From assembly GCF_964204645.1 (NCBI RefSeq), contig NC_134028.1, positions 1,860,001-1,924,000 on the forward strand: DNA of 64,000 nucleotides. The letters are read 5' to 3'. The DNA comes from Tubulanus polymorphus (taxonomy: Eukaryota; Animalia; Nemertea). The notes beneath the pieces are model-generated. The model was not told the DNA's origin, ran no database searches, and saw only the letters and a list, made by a program, of their open reading frames with translations. Below, one piece after another: positions 13,201 to 28,200 of the stretch. The stretch's first letter is position 1. Each line of letters opens with the position of its first letter. Both the position numbers and the translations under genes were made by a program.

Positions 13201-16200
13201 ACCTAAATTCTGCAATCAGATTCTCAATTACTAACGGCATTATGGCTGATACAGTAGTATCATAGCTGACACAGTTGTATCAAATACGGCCAATACATTT
13301 TGTAATAAAGCTGATGCCTTTTATTCGTCAGAGACCCAAGTTATATATTTGGATGCCTAAGATAAATCTTTTTTTTTTAACTCACTCTATCGAGACATCC
13401 AATTTTGGATGAAATTATATCATACCTCAAAAACTCAATCTTAAATCAATGCGAACAAGTTGCTAATCCAAATATTGCGAGTATTATGATAAAGTTTGAT
13501 TGAATCAATGCAAAAATTGTATAAGCCTAAAACTAGATATCGATTGTACAGTTGAAATGAGTCAATATCGTAATCAGAACAATTATAGATAAAAACTCCT
13601 CGATGACTAGAGAAAACACGATGGGAAACCATATGACAATGGCAGAGGGGCCCCCAGGACGATGAGTGTTCAAATTCTCAAATATCCCCTCCATATGGTG
13701 TACGCAGCAGATATGAGATACTAGGAATAATATGATGAATGCGAAATCAATAGAATACACAGTTTACACACATTACAAATACACGAACGTGCTCGGCGAA
13801 AAACAGACAAGAAAAAACCCACCGATTGAGACACTAAAAAAGACCTCGATTACAACTACCTTAAAGACTACCTTAGAAATAATACCAGAAAATAGGTTTC
13901 ATTTTGAAAATATTGTAAAATGTGGATTTGAACGCGACGCGATACGGATGAAATCTCGAGCAAAATGCAACTGAAACACACTGTGAATATATAATCCTTA
14001 TGATAGTCCAGTTTCAGTGAGAGTATCTGTCACAAACATGTCACTACAGCCACTGTCGCTACGACACTGTGTTCTCTGTGTCCACAGCTTCTGCCGCCTG
14101 TCTCCTTCAGTTAGTGTCGTTAGTGCTATAGAGAGCTAGCACGCGAGTATGCACACTGTGTGTGGTGGTTATAACGATGATGATGTCTCAATAGAACGAC
14201 GGCAATGCTAACTGACGCCCAGTGTGAGGAGACACATGTTAATTATACGCCCTCCTCTAACTGTATAGTCACCTCCAGCAGCATATGTTCAACACCGATA
14301 GATAGAAATTCAATAATTCTCGCTTAAAAACCAGTTTTCAGTTATCCCTGCAAATCACTATGAAATTAGCCGATAGATTCGAATAAACAGTCATCGACGA
14401 TGGTTTTCACTCGTCGCTCGCTATCCGCTTGTGCAGGTATTCAATCAGCAACAACGATGGCCAGGTAATATAACTTTCCGTTGCCAAGAGGCGGCTTAGT
14501 AACCGTAATGGAGAACAACTTTAAATTTCCTTCGTTGGTTCGTGCTGCGACGTTCGGGGCATATTTCATCAGTCGGTAGGACGTGTATTACCGAGTCTAA
14601 CACAGATACAATACATTAATATCGACCTGTCGTCGTATGGTGTCGATATCAGTTGAAGAAGAAATCAACCTTCGATAAGGAATTATAACTAGTAATCATG
14701 AATAATTCCGATCATGACCCAGTTTTTGCAGTACGCGGACGAATCAATCAAATTTTAATGCGTTTGTTTTCTAATGATCGCCGCAAAATTCGAATGAAAC
14801 TTGATTCGATGAATCTTATGAAGTAATAGAAATGAAATTTGACGACTTATGAGTCAGCAGCTGTGGTAAAATACATGTGGGAATACGGGAGCTCGGTACG
14901 ATATCAAATATACCCACAATATATGACAACGTTAGGTATAAATCATAGCACACATGTTTTAAGTAGTTAATTACCGGTTCATATTTCAATTATTCATCTA
15001 CTGCATCGGAGACTCGATTGCACATTTAACACATAAACAATTTATACTTTAAAGTTGATGTCATGATACGTACGGAGATATAAGTATTTGGTTACAGAGG
15101 GGAAAGGTTTTGAGTTAGTACGTACTACATTGGTATATGAAGTTAGTATTTTGGAGAAAAATATAACATAAATGTCATGAATCGAAGAGAATGATATGAC
15201 AGACATGCTTTATAAAAAATCTATAAATTATTGAGATTACTTATTATTTAAATTACGAAATCAACTACATTTATAGTTAATGCATGCATATCTTGGCTTT
15301 ATGCCAGTTCCTAAGATATTTCAGTATTTAGAAATTATCAGAAATATTGTATCTAAATATCTTGAATTCAAATGAGCAAATATTGATATTTGGGTCAGTG
15401 AATTGACCATATAATACGACTGCCAACTGGTGTTATCAGCCAGATTTCAGCAGGAATTTGATGATTCAATGAAAAACCTCATCAGAAAAAACTGTCATGC
15501 CTTCAAAGATGCATCGCAAAAATATACAAAGGTGATATTACAGGGAGATATAATGTTAGTATATATAAACGCTTGCTAAATGTTTAGAAGAAGTATATAC
15601 TATCTACATTCTACATATACTGACAGTTTGACAATGATGTAATTAGTTAAATCAGTTAATGCTAATTGACCCAAAACTAATGGCAAACAAATCCAACCAA
15701 ATCACATGAGTAATTAACTAGTTAATCATAAAGTTAAGGGTGTAACAATCAATGTACAAACTCATTGAGACCCATTATACCATTGAGTAGTTAGAAAGTT
15801 CCTTTGAAAACTGTAAAATTCACCATATCTCTCGAGTCATCACAGATATGACAGATGCCAGAAGTAAATGATACCATTACCTAGTCAGGTAGGATGATCT
15901 GACCAGACTACTAGTCGTACAGTCGTATGGTTGGCAATTCAAATTTGGAATCAGGTAGTTAGAATCTCAATGAGCTGTATAAGTATGGATCGAAAAGAAA
16001 TATATATAAGACATAAATTTACCTCTTCGTTCCGGTGCCGGTTTTCGAAAGCCGGATAGCGGGATATCGCCGCCCCTCTGTACCTGGACGTACCAGTCAT
16101 GTTGCTGCGTAGGAGAAACGGACCTCGAGTTGTTAGCTGAAAGTCGACCACTCGGTACTTTACGATCGTCTAATATACTACAAGTAATTCAAAAACAAAT

Positions 16201-19200
16201 CACACATTAATGCTTTATCACACATTACTGTTTATCACAGTTAGTACATACATATTATTTACATAATGTGATGATCTATGAACAGTGTTAATTATTTCTA
16301 AAAACATGGTTTCTATACCTTTTCCACACCCTTTCAAGGGCCAAATATTTGCATATATATTTACATAGCTACCGAATGAAGTATAAGCTTAAGACTCTCA
16401 CAGAATTAAAACTTTATGGAAATAACTACAAGGCCTACAATATAAAAACCACAAGAAATAACTATCGAGACCACATTTCTAAAAGTTTCACAGCTTTTTC
16501 ATTGCTTCAGACACGAAATGTAAAATTTCATAACTTTTCAAAGCCTCGAAATAATAATAACTAATTTCCGTTGCTTTTGCCATAATTTTCAGGTCCAACC
16601 CGAACCCTGTAGAAAACAGTGATCAGTATCTCAATCAGTATTTCCTTGAAAACCTTTGGCAGCAAATGCTATGCTTCACCCATACTTGTAGATATTAGTA
16701 GTACGGTAATCCATACATCATCAATCATCTTATTACAAATGTTTATAGATGTGTCAGAACTAATTGATTTCTCGGCTATATACCTATTATATCCTCTACT
16801 AGAATAATCCTATCAGTCGTCAATTGATTTTTCTTTTGCATAGAAAAAACAGTACAAGAACATCAGTACATATGCAATAATAGCAACAGGCAGTTTTACA
16901 ATACTACAATATAGGCTACAGCAATACATAGCGCAGGACCCAGTTCCAGAGTTTGACTCTAGGGTCTGATAAAATCAGAGATATTTCAAATGTAGTAATC
17001 AGCAATCAACATATTTTTGAACTACACTTTCATCGGCAGGATAGAAAAAAATTGTTTTCACAAATTCAATCAATAAATTTTTTCAATTCTACTCAATAGC
17101 AAATCGTAGATTAAAGTACCTGTTGAATGGTACTCAAATACCTCTCAATCATACGAGGGACTGTGAAAATAAATGTTGCCAATGCGGTGAAACACTTACC
17201 GCGCAACCAATTGTTTTATATAGTCCACATTTGCTTCATAGTTAACGCAATAGTGCGCTTGTTTTGACGTGTTGATCAATTTCTTATTCCTTGAATTCAA
17301 CGATTCGGATCTGTTTGAACTTTCTTGCATGTCACATATACGAATTGATATAACGAATATTCAATCGGTACAAATCGCTTTTTAAAAAGCCGCCCTAAAA
17401 TTCAACGCTTTTGAATTCGGCGAAAATAGAGGCCTACATGATAAAATTGATAACAACACTAGTTTAGAGTAAGCCGATATTGCGTACTGCTCGCCTATAG
17501 CGCGCTATAGCTATATCTAATGTCATCAATATCGATCAGATATACGCAACATTAAATCCAATATAATATTCATTCAATCCTCACTGCGCGATTGTTGGCC
17601 TACGTTAAGTAATATTCCGGCAGCGGCGAGTTCGTCTCGTCAACTTCATAAAACTAAATGATCATCAAGCAGCTTATTATACAACGATTTGTGGTCTATA
17701 ATTATCTTCCAATACGTGTTTACGCAGCTCTTTATAGACAAATGGCTTCCGTAACAGTCAACGCAGGAAACCGTCACAGGTGAATTGTTTGCCGAGTGCT
17801 CCATCGATTAAAAATCAATCATACAACATACCTACATATTTACATAAACCTACAACGGTACATAGATTCAGACATGAGCTTCACAGGAATAAAGAGCCCT
17901 AATTGATATGAATACCACACTCAGGGAAGTGAAACATCATTACACTTCCCAGCTACTACACTTAACTGTGATAATCTTTAACTTCATCTGAGCTAAGAGA
18001 CATAAGTACAATTTTCAGACTGCAGCTAATTTGTATCTTCCCAGTTTCATGGTATCTCAAAATAGACCCTTGATTAACGCCGCTTTGGTATGAAATATTC
18101 ACAGGTAAGAAAATAAATTGTCGTTCACTGTTCAGATGATAGATATCCTTGGCTCAATTCCAGATCAATCGATAAAATTTTTAAAAGACCGACTGCAGAT
18201 GGATTGCCCTAATTAGACCAAAGAACTCGAATAAGAACACTTGATGCGGCACTACACAGGCATTCAACCTAAGTTTACCTCAAATCTATGGTAATGAATA
18301 CTTACTATTGGCTGTGATCTCCTGGTTTCCCAACTGGTGGATTATGTAAGTTACCCTGAAAAACAACAAAAAAGATAGTCGAGATATCTATTGAACGTCC
18401 ATGCCCGGCGAAATAAGCTTTCAACCTTTTGAATGTTCATATACAGAATCCAAATACTCAAATCATTTCAACCAGCTGTTCATATGAAATATTCCCCTTT
18501 ACATAAAAGTTTGTAGATTAGTTTTTTTGACAGTAAACAGTTTTCGTAAGCCTAATCAGAATATATTTCATTCCACATATAGGTATTTTCATACAGATTC
18601 ATATCTCACAATGATATATAACCTCAATTGAAGAATGGATAATCCATCACTGATGCATCAAAACAATCCACAGCTTTTCAATTGAAGGAATGCACACAGC
18701 AGACGCGCCTGTTCTAATATCTACTAATACGTTTTGCTCTTTGGTCTTATTGGTACCTGAATCATCGTGAAAATTCATCGCCAATTTATTCAGGCAGTCA
18801 CAATACTATCGCAATTATCATAAACGAACATTCAATAGAATTTGAAATTTTCAACAGTTTAGAATTTTCATTTCAGACTCAGGACAATACCTAGATTTTC
18901 ACTGAACATTCTAGAGACTAATTTCAAACGAAAGATTGTAATATAGCAGAATTCGATATTCAGAATGATTTCATCGTTAACATGATATCAAAAACATCAC
19001 AAACGAATTTAATTGGCTTTTGAAAATATTCGAGATCATATGTAGCAGATGTTGTAGTTTCAGTACTAGGGGCTCTCACTATGTACATGTATGGAATATG
19101 AACCACCTCAACATGTAAATATTAATTGAATAGCAATAGTAAAACGAATCAATAGCCGCGAGTAGAACACACAACCATCCTAAGTGATAAGTCACTGTGT

Positions 19201-22200
19201 AAAGTAGGGGTGGGGCTTATATCTGAGTAATGATTATCAAATTTTATTCACAACTGACGATGATCTGAAGAGAGATTTCGAGAAAATGTTGTGTTTTTGA
19301 ATTTGGATTTTTTTAAAGATTTTGTTTTTAATCCTTTTTAAGTTGTATATACATGTTGTGGGTTTTTATCTTGCAAATCAGGTCATATTTCTCTGCAAAC
19401 TATCAGAACTATCCGCAAAATAAAGCGCTGCCCTTTTCTATAAATCTAAAGATGAAAATTATGCGAGTATACACAACTACGCACTACAAATGATGTTCAA
19501 TTTACTACAAAGATAATAATTTCAAAAAGCAGTTCTGTTAATCTGTGTTATCTTCCCTTGTAGGGATATGAACCTAATGGCTGACTTGGACAAATCATCT
19601 CTGAACAATCCCTGCTTATATAAAAACGTCTGCTACTGCAGCAGAGCATTGTTATTGCCAAGCCATCCAGTTCAAATCCCTCCAACGGTGGATGTCCTGA
19701 CCAATGTTAAATCACCACATCCCAGATGTAATTGTTAACCGACAATCACAAACACAGATTTTTAGCGTCTGTTATAAACCAGTCCTCAGTTGACCCGAGC
19801 TTTTACAGACAACAAGAGATTTCATTGACGACATCTGTAGTTACAGTGAGTGCACACTGTCGCAGTAGTCAACCTCAGCTGGTTTAAAACAATCTAAATT
19901 ATGAGGACAAAGTCATTAAAAACACATTGCGGGAAACTGAAAGTTCACTGTACAATAGTGAATGAAGCAAATTGATGTTACGGAAAAATCACAAATCACT
20001 CGGAAATAAAAAACATACTATTTTAGCTACCGGTTTATTCTATTCTAATAAGAAAATGTAGTGTATTTGTATTTAAATCTTTTTTTGTAAGTTTAGGTAC
20101 CTGACTTATAGACCGTTGTGGTGGAATAACTGATCTATATATAGGGCTGTCTATAAGACGCCTTGATTGCTGTAAATTAAATATTTGATTTCAGTTAGAT
20201 AGTCGACAATATTTCACATTATCTAGGTGATCGAGAAAATATCCGACCTGAATATGTGCATCTTAAATCTAGGCAAGACCAGGTCCCTATGCAGAGACTT
20301 ACAATTAAAAACTACTGATTCTAACCTTTAGTTTTTCTCGTTCAGCTAATGATGAATACCCGGGTTCATAATCTTCAATACTACGCGGCTGATTCTTATA
20401 TACATTGATCCGTGCTGTTGCAGATGGCGGGACCCACGGAGGACTGAAATTAAAAACATACCAAAATATAATGACTCTCCGCTTTTAAAAAGGGCGTTTC
20501 ATAAACAACAAACCAAAGTTGATGCCAAGTCTAAAGCCTAGCGCACATCGACACTGCGATTGGAGACAACTAGTTGCTACCGAACGATTACCCCGCACAT
20601 CGAAATCTAGTTACAACCGGTCAGTTGCAGCAGGGAGGTGGGACACACTCCCTGGTTGCAGCGACAGCATGGTGCGTGTCGATTGTCGAGATCCAGAGCG
20701 CGCACATCGACGAATATGACTGCGATTGAGTACAACCAGTTGCTCAAAAGTAGAACATGGGCAACTGGCTGGAACTGGAGATAGATCGACGCTTACCAAT
20801 CGTAAGCTCGCTCACATCGACACATTCAAGCAACTGATCGTATCCAGCCAGTTCCTCTCATGCGCCGAAAACTGCCTTGCAACTAGTTGTCTCCAATCGC
20901 AGTGTCGATGTGCGCTAGGCTTAAAGTCACACCGCTTGAATTTACATGGTTTATTTATATAGATAGCAAATTGGGTTACAGTTTGTTACCTTCGAGGTTC
21001 ATTAAAAGATTCTGTGAAACTTTTACTTCGAGTTCGTTTATTTGGAAGTGTTGCTGATCTTTTGAAGATGTCATCTATTACAAAACAGAGAAACAATCCA
21101 TAAACATGTCAATCAGAAAACGAATCTAAAACCTTCCTACTGTATCACTTACCATCGAGCCATTTCCTGGCTTCCTCTTCGAAGGCAGGGTCAGTGGCTT
21201 CTGGGAAGACGTAGGTCGGGCGGTACGGGTTTTCTTCTGAAAAAACAGAAAAATTTGATGAAAACTCATGGCAAGTACAGCACACCATATAAAGCGCAAT
21301 TTTTCCAGGAAACGCGAGCAAACTCGAAAATATCAACATCCAACACTAGCACGTTCTAGACAAAAAATAACCTGTATAAAATTGGATTAAAAAAAACTTT
21401 GAAATGTTTCTGCTTATCTGTTTTTGTCATTTAAATGTTCATGCATAATCATAGGTGGAGGTAGGATGTTGTTGGATTGGTCATAAGAGTAGAAAATTTT
21501 AAATACATTGAGGAATATGTTTCCTCACTGATTTCGGGTCTAATGGCCATAGGGTAATTACCCACAAAACATGCATTTTACATGCCTAGAAATATACATT
21601 GGAATATAGACGTATACAGAACTTAACAGACAAAATGGACAAAATCTAAACTACAACATTATTAGTAAATATATGTTACAAATATTATATGAATAATTAA
21701 TATATTACAAAAAACACCTTTAGACATGCAATGGTCGATGGGTGCGTTACAATGCAGGTACAAGAAACTGTTATTTGAATTTTCAGATGATATAAACACA
21801 TTACAGATGTTTAGTATCCCATAACCATCATAAGTTATTTGAGTAAAATGCATGTATTTCCACAAACCTCCTTATTAAGAGTGACAAGTAGAATGATAAT
21901 GAATGTGGAAATTTGATCTTTCAGGTGATCGAAATTGCAAATACTCAGTTCAAACACTTTAGGCACTGCGATGGTTTCAACGTTAATACAGCAGACACCG
22001 CTTGCCTCAGATTTGGCGGGACCAATAAATCATCTCCAAGGTACACCAAATCCGGGGTAATCGGAACAGGCTTGGGTCAATATAAGAAAATACCCGGATA
22101 TATTGTCCGGGGCATGCATAACCCAAGGCAATCTAGGGTAAACAATGTCTACTATAAAGTAGATGGTCTAAATTTTAAACCTTACAGTGCCAGTGGTTCC

Positions 22201-25200
22201 ATGGACTCAAAAACAGCCCCATTTTACTATGAATGAACTGATTATTTAGTTTCAAGGGGAAATAGCACCCACGATTGATTTCACAGGGGATACCTATCAT
22301 TGCACATAGAATATATAGGAAAGACTACACAACAACATAGAGAGTTGATATTAGGAGACAGAGTAAAGTCACACACACCACTCTGATGATCACAATCATC
22401 ATTATGATCATGATTATTTGATCCATTAATTGATGGACGTGCAATGATGACAGTGTCGGAGGTATAGTGCTCGTCCGTTAGATCCCAGCCTTCATACTCA
22501 TCATCGCTTTCCTCCTCAGCCTCCCCTTCTCCTGGAACAATCAATACGACACCCACACCATGGTTCGTTAACAATCAAACGACTATCGAAGATGACATGT
22601 TAGATTTGACTTGAATTAGTAGATGACAATACATTACATTAGTAGATGACATACACTTCTAAATACAAGATTGATTCGAAGAATAAACAGCTAACCACAT
22701 TATTACTACATCGGTGTTGAATATCTAATCAGTTAATCATGTCATAGACAACCTTGTGAAGAATGATTATATCTACTTGCAAAATCTTTAACTGTTTATA
22801 CTACCATTAGTGATCTACCATTACGCCATCATTATTCCTGTTTTGTTTGTATTAAGGAAGTTCAAGTTAGTTGAATACGGTAAGTGAGATGCAATTTTGA
22901 TTAATCCTTCAGCGCACAAAAAGCCCAAGCTCGTATAAAGTTAATTTAGCAAAACAACAAGGTTCACTACAGTTGGGTGGTTGTATTGGGCTGATTATAT
23001 TCAGGGGAAAAGGACCGCCACCAAACAACATTCCAAAAATGAACTCGAAATATGAATCTTTTTACTTGAATGAAAAGGAGGAACAAATGACAAAAAATAT
23101 TTTCATTTTAGATTTTGAAATCCAAACAGACTATAAGTATTTGATAATATCTGATACAAGTTTTCATGCATGGTTTTTACTATTTCAAACCTATGTTAAA
23201 TGGCTATTTTTCTATGTCAAGGTTTAGTCAGGTCTAAACTGAGTTATCCGTAGTTTTAATTTCAAGCGTGAAATAATTTCCTATTTGACACAGATATACA
23301 AACCTTTCGGCTTGTCCGGCTTATGCAATGTTTTATAGAAGTTTTTGTACCAATCGTGATGGTTCTTTTCATCAATCGTCTGAAAAAGGTAAAAAAAGTT
23401 CATGCTTTTTGCGTAGGGAACTAAAAACAAATCAAATTGACGATCTATGTACATACACTTCTCATAGCAATGGGAACTCCTTGTTCATTAATTGGACCAA
23501 CACCTTCGTAATGTGGAGCCTTCTTCTCGACGGTAGTTTTGTCGACGACCTTTTTCCCGGGTATCAGGTAATATTCATCTTTGTGTTTCACATCGCCCTC
23601 CCGCGTTTCCTTCGTTCCCATGTAGATGGCGCCCTTCGGAATATGTCCTTCTGAAAGCAGAGTAGTAAATTAATGTAAATGTAATACGAGGGGCAGCCGA
23701 ACTATCTCACAGAGAGACAGTACTTTATTTGTAATTTGTTGCGGATCCTCGTCCAATTCTGGCAACTTATCCTTGAAGCTTTATCTAAGGAAAGCTTATT
23801 TTGTCCCCTCAAAAAGTGCAACCCACCGTTGTTTCTGTGCTATATATATAAATGCTACTATATAAGCCGGTGGTATCAGACAAAAAGCATATATCATTGA
23901 TCTATTTCATTATTTGTTGAAAATATTAAATCAATCTTTGATGAATTAGTTTCTGCACGCGTTATCAGCATTTCTATAAATTCTAAATCTAGCATTCCAT
24001 TCTGATGTCTATATGTTTAGTATATCTACCGTCACCAGTATGCAAACTACTTCGTGATGATAATAATAAAAGTATAAAAATCCCCTAGAACATTAATTCC
24101 ATCAGGAAAATTCTTTTCCAAGATACAGAACTTTTTACCATGACCATCACCCCTTACACACTCAAATATCATATGTATCTTTTTGCCATTTTGATAGTTT
24201 AGTTGAACAAGCAAATCTTACTCCAGTGGAAATATGAAAACCACGCGTACCTATAAAGACTATGTGTTAACGGAAGAAGCTGCTGGAAATGTTTGTAATT
24301 GTTTATCTTCTTGAAAGAGCTAGAAACATCTTCAAAGTGGTACCATCAACAAGTGGCACTTCTGTAGTCTTTCAAAAGCGTTTGAGTTGAAGAAAAAAAT
24401 GCAGACTAAATGATAAAATTGCCAGAAATATAGAAATCAGATATTCGACATCAACAAGTCCCCGTCTGTGAAATAGCAAAGATGTTTCCAATACTTGAGA
24501 TCGAAAATTACAAACAATTTCATCAACTCTTCAAGCAACCTCGCAAGCATAAAGTTAAAAAACCCCACTCGGCAATACACTCTACTGTTAAATTTTACTG
24601 TTATCTGTATTCGTTCGTGAAGAACGTTCTTACCCTTGGAGTTTCTAGTAACTGACGTTTGGTTACTAGATAGATATGCGCTATCGTTTTCATCTGGAAA
24701 AACATTCATTTCTTAAATATCGGACAAACAACGAAAAGATCAGCAAGACCCAGTTTCACAAAGTAGATCGGATTGGAAGTGCAAATAAGATAAAAAGGTA
24801 TATTGAGTTCAGATGGTTTTACTTATGCTTCGTGAAACTGGTGATTCAAATAAACCGGTGATGAATTTTAACGCTTTCATAGCTAAGACACACACTGCCA
24901 AATTGTTTCATGTTGACTGAAACAATGATGAAAATAACTGATATCAAAGAATATCAAACAAATGTAACCAGTAATTCTTTAAAAAAATATCTATGAACAA
25001 ATGTGAAGATAAAACAAGGGTTTTTCACTAACTAGTAGTGAAAGTGTTAATAGAAAAAACCTTGGCAAACTGCTATGAAGTGTTGCATCATAACACAACT
25101 TAACACAAGAGATAAAAGGTTAGTTTTTCCAAAATCTGGAGAAAGATATGAAAGAATAAGATAAAAACAGTGTTTGAAACCAGACTCCAGTAGATAGTAG

Positions 25201-28200
25201 AAACATGGTAAAGATATGGACACGTCTACCAGGGTTTGGTACCAAATTGAATTTAGCTGCCTGAATTGGGTCAAAACTTGCAGATTTGGGAAACCTTTAA
25301 AATATATCCAAGGACATAAATTGTTGTAGACTGTTTGCCAAAGCTCTAGTCTAATTCACATATCTAGATGATGTGCAAATAATACATGTTGATATGCAGC
25401 ATGCAATAGGTAAATGTAATGTTTACGAATTGAATATATATAGGAAAATCGAAATATCGATACAGTGCAATAAATAAATGAATTTTTACAATTAAAAAAA
25501 TTAATGAAAAATGAAAATCCTAAATACCACTATGATTTCGTAAGCAAAAACTGATATATGAAAATGGAAGCCATTTTTTGAATCACATCGGAAACTGTTG
25601 CCAAGCGAAAAATACCAAAGTATTGAAGCACCGAAACAATGGACGACGAAGTCAAATATTAAACTTACTATTAGGTTTCACTACAGAGAAGGCAATCAAA
25701 AAATATATTCGTGCTTTTATTACTTTCTTTCACCAATTTTCAAATTATTGCGAATTATCATGAATTACGAGATGAAACTAAATGATATAAGTACAATTTA
25801 AAATGAAATGTAGAAAATGAAGGAGATATGAGGCAAGAAAATGTTCACATGAAATTTTCAAATGAAGCTCCTTGCCAAGAGACAGAACAATGTGCATTTT
25901 CAGACAAATACAACATTTTCAGGTGTTCATTGAACCGAACTATAGCGAAGTGCAGAATTTCACGGTTTTTACAACAATCAGAGGTCTTAAACTAATGTAC
26001 TTTGATTGAGTTTTAAACCGATTTGAATTCGATAATTACCTCTCGTTTTTTGAAGGATCGTTATCATAGGACTCTGCGTCGGAGGGAGATGTAAACCCGC
26101 CTTGTTTTCAGCGACTTTTATATGAGTCGTTCCGTTCGCGAAAATCGGAGTCGAAGAAGGACGTTCAGGGGGTTTCCAAGCGAAGCTCTCCTCGGGTTTC
26201 GGTGGAGGAGTCTGATCCTATTAGAACAACATGTACAATTTGTAATTTCAATTTTGATTTGGATTATGCAGGTCTGATTGTATCAGGATGGACTGATTAG
26301 GATTATGCAGGTCTGACTGTATCAGGATGAACTGTTTTGGATTAGGCCGGTTTTGCCAAATACATACTGTAATACTTTTCTCAGGTGATTTTGATGGAGT
26401 CTGCAGTTTAACAGGTTTGAATTCTTTCCTGACGATGTCTCCGGATGGTGACCATATATACGCATCTTTCAGCTGCTGAGTCTGTTGTTTATCTCGGTCT
26501 TTTTCTCTTTGTTTCTCTCTTTCTTCTAATTCTTTACTATACTGGTCTAATAACGACATCTTGCCAGGTGTCCAAATTCCTGTCGATTTCAAATATAGCG
26601 TTATTAAACATGATATATGCGCAAGACGCAAAGCCATGTTTCATAAACAGGTTCAAACTCACTTTAGAATTTTTTCATCAATTCAGTTTACATTCCATCA
26701 ATTTAAATCAGTCTCTCAGGGTCAGAAGATACACAATTAAGTGGCATTTGTTTAATATATACCTGAATCAGCAGTTTCTTTAGAGTTGATGGTCACATTT
26801 AACGATGGAATATAAGGTGTAGATGAGGTACTGGTTGTCGTGGTTGTGATTGTAGGTTTTAAAGACGAGCTACTCGCCTGTGAATTGACCCGGCGCGACG
26901 GAGGATCAACATTCGACACGTTCAGATTATGATCAGTCAAGTCGACATTGTCGTCTTTCAAGCGACTTTCAACTGAAATATACAGAATACTGATGTTAAC
27001 AGACTGCAGTTTCAACTTTATGATGGCCGGTTATCATAGCATGGCAGATCTTAGGATATCTCTTACAATATTAGAAAAACTCCTTCACCAAAATTAAACT
27101 GAATCATGAACATTTTCGCTGGCGTCCTTCATTTATTATCGAAATCACAAATCTATCATTCACAAACAAACTAGGTACAAAGTCTATAGTAGAGGTATTC
27201 CAATTAGATTTTTGTAAAAAGATTTGTATAAATATGTACATGGAGAAAATACGATAAATAAAGTCCTTATGCCAATTCATAAGACGGGTCTGCATCCAAA
27301 AGGGTAGATTCATAAGGTAGAATCTAGTGCAAATTTGGTAGACTGAAAAAATCTACTTTATCTATAGACTAGAATGGAGTCTACCATATCATGGTATGTA
27401 TCAGTTGGATAAGATTAAAATGTTTGATTTGGGGTTAAGTTAGTACCACCACTATAAAACAGACCCATGTATTTATGAGGAATACAAACCAAGGAGGTGC
27501 ATTAAAAAGTTACATATCATCATATACACTATATACACAAATATTACAATACGTAGTTAGTTTTAGCTGTAGCAGTCACAACAACATTACGTATATTACG
27601 TAAACAATAAGTGTCTAGAGTCTAAACAAACGTTTTATACTTGTAAGGCACTGAATATCATGCCTTATCACATCGCTTCTTTTCAAGTTAGATAGAACAA
27701 ACGGTTGCCGTATAAGGATCTCGATGGGTATTCCTAGATATTCGGGTAGGAGTAGAACGTAGACAGACATATACACGTTGAGGAGAGATCTTTGAACAAC
27801 ATAAATAATCTTGATTTGAACATAAAGTACATTATCTGCATTCTGAGTTACGACATGCTTCTCTAGATACATGCTTACCGATGCAACATACATTTACAAG
27901 TAAAAGGGTAATTTCAGTCATCAAAGAGAGATAAATCTGTTTTTTGAAATGATGACTAAAATTTTCTGTTTTACGACAACATTAGTTGAATGTACATGCA
28001 AAATAAAAGCTATATATATAAATGTATATGTATGTATATACGTATGATAGAATTAATAGAACGGAGGAATGACATTCTAATACCTTCCAGCGTTTTAGCG
28101 TGTGAAAGATGCATGGAAAGAAAATCACGTTCAGCTCTTCGTCTCACGTCTTCCAAATCATTCACTTCATTCGTAGTCGTATTATAAGAATTCTTGTTCT

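Noticed and set aside
19640-19690. gttcaaatcc B-box-like motif
   Set aside because: No A-box or cloverleaf, so a tRNA or SINE cannot be supported.
20519-20962. Three short ORFs
   Set aside because: They lie within a non-autonomous MITE and show no transposase features.
21913-22236. 107-aa plus-strand ORF nested in a SORBS intron
   Set aside because: No recognisable motif, and it overlaps ccgg-rich degenerate MITE-like repeats.
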